DNA from: the human T2T-CHM13v2.0 reference genome, Homo sapiens
Reading direction: 5' to 3' (one strand)
Assembly (NCBI RefSeq): GCF_009914755.1
Contig: NC_060931.1
Length of the DNA stretch: 64,000 nucleotides
Below, in pieces: positions 54,979 to 64,000 of the stretch. Position numbers and translations under genes: made by a program. Each line of letters begins with the position of its first letter. The first letter of the stretch is position 1. Below the pieces are notes generated by a model. It made no database searches. It worked only from the letters and a program-made list of their open reading frames with translations, and had not been told where the DNA came from.

Positions 54979-57279
54979 TTAGAATAATATTGCATACATA
55001 CATACCTGGGTACAATTTCAGAATACATTTATTAAACATCTAGCAGAATAGTTGTAGGGTTGAAATTTGTGTTGATGTTCCTTTGCATGTTTGGCAATTT
55101 TTGTCTGTTAATTGAAAATTATGTTTACAATATTGTGCAGAAAATGAATTCTGCCGTGTAATGCTTTCCTCTGAAGAGCACTGATTTTTGTTTTGCCGGG
55201 CAATTACCTTGGCTCGACTCCAAACTCTACTGTGGTTGTCAACAGTTGAAACTCTCCTCTTCTTTCCACCATTTCAAGTACCTGTTATTTTCATGGGACA
55301 CCCTGAAGTCTTTGGCAGTTAAGTGATCAACCAAAGATTTGGAAGGATTTATACATAGATTTTTGGGGCTTCCAGTTCTTTAGGTCTCATCTGCCTACTA
55401 TTTACCACATCACTTTCTAAGCACTCTAGAAGCCTTTATTTCAGATCTTCAACCTCTCAACCCAGTAAAATGACGAATTTCAGTTTAAGTTCCAGCTTCC
55501 TTTAAGTAAAAACTTCATAATCTCATTTTCTTTCCAAGATATTCTTCTTTCAAGTGTTGAATCTCCTCCATTTTTTTAATGGTTTGTCTAGGAGTATAAT
55601 TTATATATTTGGAAAGGGCTAGTCTTGTTGACATTTCTTCACCACTATTACCTATTATGGTCCTTTTAGCATGCTAAAAGTTACCAAAACTTCTATTAAT
55701 AGATTTTGATTAGGGCAAAGACAAAATTTTCAATGTATAATAACTATTCCTTAAATGATCTATTTTAATTATTTATTTTTCTTTTACTTTTATTCTTTTG
55801 CTTTGCAAATTCCTGAAAACTGATTCCCTTGAAAATATTTGTCTGGTTATGGCACTTAAGAGTTCAAACATATTTCTAAATTTACTCACCATTTCCCACC
55901 CCTGTTCACATCATTTATTCACTGACTCTGACCCAAGTGGCATTACAAAACAAGAGATGATTTAAAGCCTTGTTAACCAAACTATGGTCCATGGATCATG
56001 TTTTTTCTAATTGTAAAATCATATAAAACTCTTTGAGAGAATGGTTTAGAGCTTTCATTTATATGCAATCTTCAAAACTTCAAATAGACAATATACATAC
56101 AAATGTCTATTTTACATTTTGAAGCATATAATTATAGATAAAACTATGAAGCAAAAAGAATACATTGTAGAAAAATATAACATTTGGCTGAAATTTTTGA
56201 CATTTTTAGTTAGCTTATAAGCAATGTAGGCTAAGTTAGGAAATAACATATTTTGCTAGGAAGTAGTGCTAAAGTAGGAAGCATACCTTTTGCTCCCTAC
56301 ACATACATCACACTGTTATTAACTCATCTTCTGGTTGAATGTAATTTTTTTAATTTCTTGGTTAATTTATGAACCTAAGTATACTCAATAGTGAGTGAGA
56401 TGTCAAATTCTGTCATAAAAGTACTCGTTTTGGATACTTCTTACAGTACAGGTGTAGCTTTTACTTATTAATATGACTCTGCAGGAATCATCATCATTTT
56501 AATGATCTTTAGAATGTGACAATTTACTCTATAATATATGTGTTATTACAGTTCCCACTAAGCTATCTGCCACATGATTGTCACTTAACAGAATGAAGGC
56601 AGAGGACACCTGGGGTTTCACACAATAAAATGAGCCTCTTAAATGGTAGATACTGCCTACTGAGGTAAAAACTTGAATATCATGCTTTTAAAGACACAGA
56701 ATGAGAATACCAAAGTGAGGAGTGATTGAAATGAATGTAGCTGTATTATATTCTCTTCAATTTCTATCTGGACTTATTCAAGAATCTTTTAAAATTCTTT
56801 TTTGATTTTATTTTTCATCTTTGCTGAGATCTCTCAATTTGTAAAAGCTTAGGTTTTAAGTACCTATGCAAAATTTCGACTTAATCTGTATGATCCTAAC
56901 AAAGAATTTAAAACGTGTATTGTGGTAAAATTCAGTCTGCCCATTACAAAGTGGGAAAATGACTGGAAAGTGGAGAATTACTATACAGATGTCAAGCTTT
57001 ATTGCTCTACTGAAAAGACTAATGGCTCAAAACACCCAATCACATGGCATAATTCTTAACCAGTTTGTTCTTTCTCTTCTGATAGTGGCAAATTCCAGAT
57101 GTCGACCAAAACCTCAGGAATTCATTAGGTTTGAAATAAGAAGGGAGTTGTGGCTTAACTCTTACACTTGTTTAAGTCATCCTTTCTCTGTGTAGATGCA
57201 GAAAATATTTTTTTTTCCTTTTTAGAAATTTAAATTTTTTTTCCTTTTTAGAAAATTAAATATTTTCATTATTACAAAG

Positions 57280-58400
57280 TAAAACCCATTATCCATACAC
57301 TGTTTTTTCCCAGTTCTCTCTCTCCCACCCCCAATTCCTGACAACTGCCAATCTGTATGTTGTCCCTACGGATTTATCTATACTCTTTTAAAAATGTCCA
57401 ACAACGATAGACTGGATTAGGAAAATATGGCACATACACACCATGGAACACTATGCAGCCATAAAAAATGATGAGTTCATGTCCTTTGTAGGGACATGGA
57501 TGAAGCTATCAGCAAAATATCGCAAGGACAAAAAACCAAACACCGCATGTTCTCACTCATAGATGGGAATTGAACAATGAGAACACATGGACACAGGAAG
57601 GGGATATTGACTAGTAACAGTTCTTTAATACGTTCTGAATAGTAGGCCTTTATCAGTTGTATGATTTCCAAATATGTTCTCTCATTCTGTAGTTATCTTT
57701 TTAGTTTCTTCAAAATGTCATTTAAGCACAATTTTTTTTTTCTTTTAATGAAGCCAAATTTAGCTGTTTTTGCTCTTTAATATTCATGCTTTTGGTGTCA
57801 TATCTAGAAATGCATTACTAAATCCAAGCTCATGAAGATTTACCCCTGTGTCTTCTTCTAAGAGTTGTATGATTTTAGCTCTTACATTCAAGTTACTGAT
57901 CCATTGTGAGTTAATTTTTAAATTTGGAGACAGATGGGAATCCAACTACATTCTGTTGCATGCAGATATTTGGTCCCAGCACGATTTGTTCAAGAAAGTA
58001 TTTTTCTCCCTATTGAATGGGCTTATAGCATCAAAGTAATGTCAGCCTGAAGGAAATAGTTAGGCAGTGTTCCCTCATGTTTGATTTTTAAAAAGAGTTT
58101 GAGAAAAACTGGTGCTAATTTTAAAAATATTTGGTGTAATTCATCAGTAAAGCCACCTAGTCCTGGATGTTTCTTCATTGGGGGCTATTGATTGCTGATT
58201 TAATCTCTTTACATGTTATAGGACTGTTGAAATTTTATATTTTTCTTGAGTCAGTTTAGGTAATTTTGTTTTCCTAGAAATTTGTGCATTTCATCTATGT
58301 TATCTGATGTGTTGGCTAATATTTGCTCATATAATTATTTTATAATCTGTTTTTGTTTATGTAAGGTGGTAGTAATCTTGCCCCTTTATTTGTATTGCTA
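57280..58400 (-). mobile_element. Old L1M (L1MB-like) fragments
   Basis: 'ttttggtgtcatatctagaaat...ctaaatccaag...catgaagatttacccctgtgtcttcttctaagagtt'. Confidence 0.75.
57392..57606 (+). mobile_element. L1PA internal fragment (ORF2 end/3'UTR start), no tail
   Basis: Close match to 21570-21797 of the local L1PA; both ends truncated; ~12-bp internal deletion. Confidence 0.9.
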
Positions 58401-61400
58401 GTAGACCTACCCTAGGTGAAATGCTACATAGAGCCCTTCAGCCTAATTTAAGTGCCACTGATGGTAACTTGAAGACTTGTAAAGTGTAAAGGAATAATGG
58501 TCATTGGTAAAGATAATTACAGAGGTAAATATAAAAATTAGTATGTGTTTTAAAGTTGTAACTCTACTTTTTATTTCCTATGTGATTTAAAAGACAGATG
58601 CATAAAAAGTTATAAATATATGTTATTGGTCACACAATGTATAAAGATGTAGTTTACAACAACAACAACATAAAGATAGAAGGGACAGAACTGAACAGGA
58701 GGAGAGTTTTTTATGTTATTGAAGCTAAGTTGGTATCAATCCAAACTAGGTTGTTATAAATTTAGGATGTTGATTGTAATCTCTATGGTAACCAAGAAAA
58801 TATCTTTTGAAAATTCATAAAAGGAAATGAAAAGAGACTCAAAACAGTGCAGTACAAAAACAACAACAACTAAACACGAGAGATAATAGTAATGGAGGAA
58901 ATGGAAGGCCAAAAAATGATTCAGGACATAAAGAAAAAAGGTAAAATGGCATAAGCAAGTTATTTCTTAGCAGTAAGTACTGTTATAAGTATAAAGGAAT
59001 TGAACACTGCAAGCAAAGGGGAGAGATGGGCAGAATGGATAAAAACACATGATATAACTATATCCTACTCATCTTAGATCCAAATACACAAGTAAGTTAA
59101 AAATGAAAGAAGGGAAAAGATAATCATGTAGCTAGTAACTAAAAGAGATATTGATGGTTATACTAATACAGACAAAATATACGTTAAGCCAAAAAAATTA
59201 TTAGAGGCAAAGAAGGACATACAATGTGACGAAAATGTTAACAACCATCAAGAAGATATAATAATTATAAACATATACACACCAAACAACAGAGTCCCAA
59301 TGTAGCAGACATTAACAAAATTCAATAGAGAACTAGTTCTACAGTAATGGATGAAGACTTCAATACCCCACTTTCAATAATGGATTAAATATGTAGATAA
59401 AAGATTAATAAGAAAATATAGGACTTGATGAATACTATGAACCAACTATATCTAATAGAAATAAATAGAATAATTTACTCAATAAAAGTAAAATGTGCCA
59501 ACTTTATGTATGCATAAACTGCACACAGAATCTTCTCCATAGTAGACCCCTTGTTAGACCATAAAGCCAGTCTCAATAAAATTGAAAAGACTGAAATTAT
59601 ACCAAGTATCTTTTGTGATCATGAAACTAAAACAAATGAACCTAGAAATTTTTGAAAAGAGAAGGAAAACTGTAAAATTCACCTATATGTGAAAATTAAG
59701 AACCACACTTGTAAAAAACTAAAGGGTCTCTTGAAGGAAAGCAGGAGCTCAGACTCTTAGAGCCAGCTGTGTCTTTGGACCCAAGGCCTGACCTAGGCTG
59801 CTATCCTAATATTGTAGGAGGGGCCTATCTTCCAAGCCCCACCCTAAGGGTTAGTCCTTGGCCAAATCTTTTGCCTTCTGGGCCCAGCCAGGCTTTTCTG
59901 ACCAAATAAGCAATAAGAAGCTCTAAGCTGACTGAGTTGCAAGAACACTTTCTGCCCTCCCTTGGATCTCCACATTTTTCCAGATGGAGGAAGAGCATGT
60001 GCCACCCCCTTTCCTAACAGGCTTGTCCAAGTGCTTGGTGTGGGACCCATGACCAAAGCCCAGGATGGCTTGGTGGGAGTGTCCCTGCTGCATCTGCATG
60101 AAGCCCCTGCTTTCTAGGCCTCACTCCCATCAGAACCCTGCCTGCCCACCTGCAAATCCCCTACAGCAATGCCATTCCCACTTGCCCCAGAGAAGCTACT
60201 CAGCCAAACGTAGCCAGGGTCCATTCATGTGGACCAGAGCCCGCCTAGTCATTATTTGCTGTTGGGTTTCCAGTTTCACCGTGTGTTAGGGCGAGGGATG
60301 ATTGTAAATTTGCTCCTCAAAGGAATCAGGCCAGACTCAATTTTTGAGGGCAAGACAGGGAGGTGGCCACTTTATCCCAGACTCTGTTCTAGGGCTTCCC
60401 ACCATCAGCCCCTCCCACTTGAGACTGGTCTTTGGGAGGCAATAGGCCACCATGCCTGGTCAGCACGAATTCAAGCCATGCCAGGAATCTGCCTACCTGC
60501 CAGGTTCTGTTCTTTTAAGGTGCCTCTTCAGGGACACAGTGTGTCTCTCTGATTGGGCTTCTAAATCAAACCCTGATGTTCGTGTCCCTCTCATAGGGGG
60601 AGCTTTGGACACAGAACCAGTTTGGAAAAGGGTCAGGTAAGGGTTTCCACTCTGCACATTGTAGAGGGGACACTCTGTAGGCCCATGGGTCCCTTACTAG
60701 AGAGGTTGAGTGAATTTGCCTTCAGTTAACCTGGGACCTTCTGTTTAGCTTTCTCCTGCCTCCCAAAGATTTTAAGCATTTTGTAAATGTATAAACTCAC
60801 CTCTGGTAACAGTGGTCCAGATGCTGCTTCGTGATAAAAGCATGGGAAATGTAAAGGCAGTCTTTCCCTGGGAAATGGATGCTATTCTACTCTGCTGCCC
60901 CTACCTGTTCCTGAGGCCTCATTTAGAAAGAAAATCCCCTCAGAAGGCTGTCTGGCACCCAGTGTCCTAGCCAGACCAAGTATATGAGAAAGGTAAGTCC
61001 ATTTTCCCCTTCAGGTCTTCAGTGGATTACTTAACCACTGCTGTCCCTCGGTCCCTTTTTCCTAAACAGGGGTTTTGTTCTGTCTTTTTCTCCTTTTTTC
61101 TAAATGTCGGTAAATATCTACAGTCAGCCAGGGAAGAGGAGGCCAGAGGTCGGGCCAGCCGCCCCATTCTTTTAACATTGTAGGGCCTGCCCCTGGAGCG
61201 GACCCTCCTCTTTGGGCCTTGTGAGCTTTTTTGCTTATCATGTTCCATTTTGTGCCGCTTTCCCCCTTCAAGAGGCCATTTGGAGGGTAGGGGATCTGCT
61301 TCCCACTGTGACTGGGCTATGGGATTCTGACTACCTTGCTTACAGATTCATAGTTTGATAAATTTGTTGTATTCAAAAACTTGAAATGCAGGACGCCATT

Positions 61401-61860
61401 AAGTGTCTGTTTATATTTTTGGAATATTTGTATTACTTACAATTGATTAATAAAAGGGTGTTTAAAAAAAAACTAAAGGGTCAAAAAGGAAATCACAAAC
61501 GAAATTTGAAAATATTTAGAGAATAAAAATAATAACATACCAAAACTTAGATGATCCAGTGAACATAGTGCTCACAAGGAAATGTATAGCAGTAAATGCA
61601 TACATTAAAAAAGATAAAATATTTCTACCAAATAGCCTAGCTTTACTTCTTAAGGAATTAGTAAAAGACAAGCAAATTAAAACTACCAGAAGGAAGGAAA
61701 TAGTAAAGAATAGAGTGAAGATAAATGAAAAAGAATAGAAAAACAATAGAATCAATGAAACCAAAAGATGTTTCTTTAAAAAGATCAATAATATTGACAA
61801 AACTTTACCTAGTTTGACAAAGAGAGAGACAGAGAGAAATAAGACACACAAAATCATTAA
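58400..61860 (+). mobile_element. Old L1M (inter-ORF region + ORF2 endonuclease), split by the retrocopy
   Basis: 'caaagaaggacat', 'gaagacttcaataccccactttcaataatgga' and 'agtctcaataaattgaaaaga'; resumes at 61483 'aaaaaggaaatcacaa...aacataccaaaactta'. Confidence 0.8.
59729..61466 (+). pseudogene. LARP1: 5'-truncated processed retrocopy of an mRNA 3'UTR only (parent tentatively LARP1)
   Basis: GC-richer unique sequence with AATAAA at 61449-61454, an A-run at 61464-61472 and a perfect 16-bp TSD aaaaaactaaagggtc (59713-59728; 61467-61482). Retrocopy status is clear from the sequence; the parent name is from my recollection of the LARP1 3'UTR and is unverified. Confidence 0.75.
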
Positions 61861-64000
61861 TGTTCTAGGTTACATTTTTATAGGTGACAGACATATGAAA
61901 AGAAATATAAGGAAGAACTCATCCTAGTTTATGTTTTGTTCTATCATTCTACTTTATTTATTATCTCAAGCTTTGATATTTAGCAATCATACTTTAAAGA
62001 CTTTAAAGTGTTTCTGAAATGTTAATGAAAATGTGCCCATTTAAAGAAGAAATTAATATTCCTTTTTTACTTTATTTATATATATAAAAGGAAAAGCACA
62101 TATAATACAAATGCTTACACAACTTACCACAATGTTGTTTCAATCATGTGAAATCTTCTGGTTTCTTCTGTAAGATTTAACGAATGAACATCTATAAGAG
62201 GAGTTTACAAAGTACCCCAGTTCTTATTCTGACTGAGTTTCTTTCCTCCTTTTTATTATATATGCTACAAGGGTGCAAAACTTAAGTCAGGAAAATAGCT
62301 TACCTGTTGACAAGGAATCAGCAGGCTTGAATCTATTAATTCTTTAAGAGTCATTCATACATGTTTCCATTTTTTGTGTGTGGTTGATGGTGACACACTC
62401 AACAAAGTCTACCAATTAAAAGCAGCTGAAAAAGAAATGGAAGAACAATGTGGGTTCTTCCCTATAATAATTTACCTTTATTTATTCTCTATTCAAAATC
62501 TTGTTTACATAGTCTTGTTTAAATAATTTAAAGTACATATATTCTGAGCAAAATTAGAAATTAAATTACTATTCTTAGGGTCCAGGACAAGTTTGACAAA
62601 TATGATGACAATGTGTTTAGAAAAAAATAATCCCCAGAACTCAATATCTAAAAGATTAATTATAAAACTTATCAAATGTTTATTTGATATTCTTTATTCA
62701 ACTATCTGCAGCTTTTTCATTACAGAAGAATCAATATTATTCTTTAACATTTTCAAAATATTGTAAACATTTATTGAATAATTATGTTCTAAGATGTTTT
62801 TGTGTTATAGTTATGGTTTCTACTAGTTAAAATCAGATTCATTTTTCAAAATGCAGATAATGTAAATTTTTCATGACTTGAAATAGTTATCATTGTATTT
62901 ATGGGACATACAATATAGAGAGTAGATGTACAACATTGTGCACTGTCAGTGCTATCAAAAGGTATGATTTAATGTGGGAATTGCTACCCATGTTTTAAAT
63001 CTCAAAGTAGGAATTTTTAACTGAACAACCCTAATAATCCCAAATATTCTAAAGCTCTATAATCTCTAAAGCCCTGTTGAATTAATTCTTTCTTGTACCT
63101 GAATGATTTCTCAGAGTAAGAAGTTCAAATTATGGTGTGTAAAGTAGGGCTTCTATTATTTGTCTTAAAAAATCTCTACTTAGGCAGTTGCAAAGAGTCT
63201 GAAAAATGGCTGATTTCAATTTGAGTTGTGAGATCTCTCAAGATCTTGTTTCACCCAATGTACAGTAAGAATATTATCTGTCTTCCAGAATTGGTCAGAA
63301 AGGAAAGTAAGATAAAGAATATTAAAGTGCTTTGTATGCTATAATGCACTCTTGCCCGTGGACATCATGCTTAAGGGAGATTCTGAAATTTGGTGCACAA
63401 GTTGCTCTTTGTGATTTTATAGGAATGAATCACATGGCTTTCAGCCTTCGTATTTCCTAACTGAGAAGCTCTGCTTTTTTAGATCGCCCTTTCAGAAATT
63501 TCAGTCAAACCAAGATTTATTAGTGCTCACTATCTGCTGTGCACTTCACTGGCGGTTTATAATGCAGAGAGGAAGATAGCAGGATTTCTTCTTTACTTCC
63601 TTTCTAACCTTTTTGTCACTTATTCAGTGCTTCTAAAATTGGTCAACCAAAATTCCACTCTTGGGTGAAGATTGTGAATGTGAGCCTGAGGGAGAAACAC
63701 TGGGAGAAGGCATGACCCAGTTTGAGGAGAGCATAAATAGTCCATCTCTCATCATCCTTCAAAAGAGCAATGAATATAACTGCCCACATTATTTTAAATG
63801 TGATTGTCCATTTTAAGAAAAGGTTTCTTTTTTTGTAAATATTTTGTCCAATAGTCTTCCTTCAGGCTTTTCCATATTATTGTATCTTTCTTTTTTTGCT
63901 TCCGGAAATAGAATGAACAAAATTCAGCTCAAATTAATTAGCTTTCTACTTTTACCTGTTAGCCTAGACAAGTTAATAAACTAACATACTAATAGGAAAG

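Noticed and set aside
57085-57128. Possible plus-strand micro-exon (ctgatag|...attag|gtttga)
   Set aside because: Weak donor, unrecognised peptide and no partner exons.
59844-61271. Several 60-107-aa ORFs in the GC-richer island
   Set aside because: Incidental frames in 3'UTR-derived sequence, on both strands, with no homology I recognise.

Overview
AT-rich, gene-poor primate genomic DNA (AluY and L1PA4-type elements indicate a catarrhine, probably human or another ape). Most of the window is transposable-element derived, and I found no credible host protein-coding gene. Main landmarks: (1) a near-complete HERV-L provirus (MLT2A LTRs, gag-pro-pol-dUTPase, no env; minus strand, ~11014-23796), split in gag by a full-length antisense L1PA4-like LINE-1 (~15828-21987); (2) a complete THE1B MaLR element (27735-30009); (3) a 1.7-kb TSD-flanked retrocopy of only an mRNA 3'UTR (59729-61466, parent tentatively LARP1); (4) an Alu/L1 chimera sharing one TSD (37858-38152); (5) a tail-less L1PA patch (57392-57606). 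The rest is old L1M, L2, MIR, MaLR and Alu debris plus microsatellites. All retroelement ORFs are disrupted. I do not see a convincingly new biological system. The best leads are the retrotransposition oddities, the discordant HERV-L LTR pair, the L1 antisense promoter pointing into HERV-L pol, and two candidate minus-strand exons. Subfamily names come from recalled consensus sequences and need RepeatMasker/Dfam confirmation; boundaries of old repeats are approximate.
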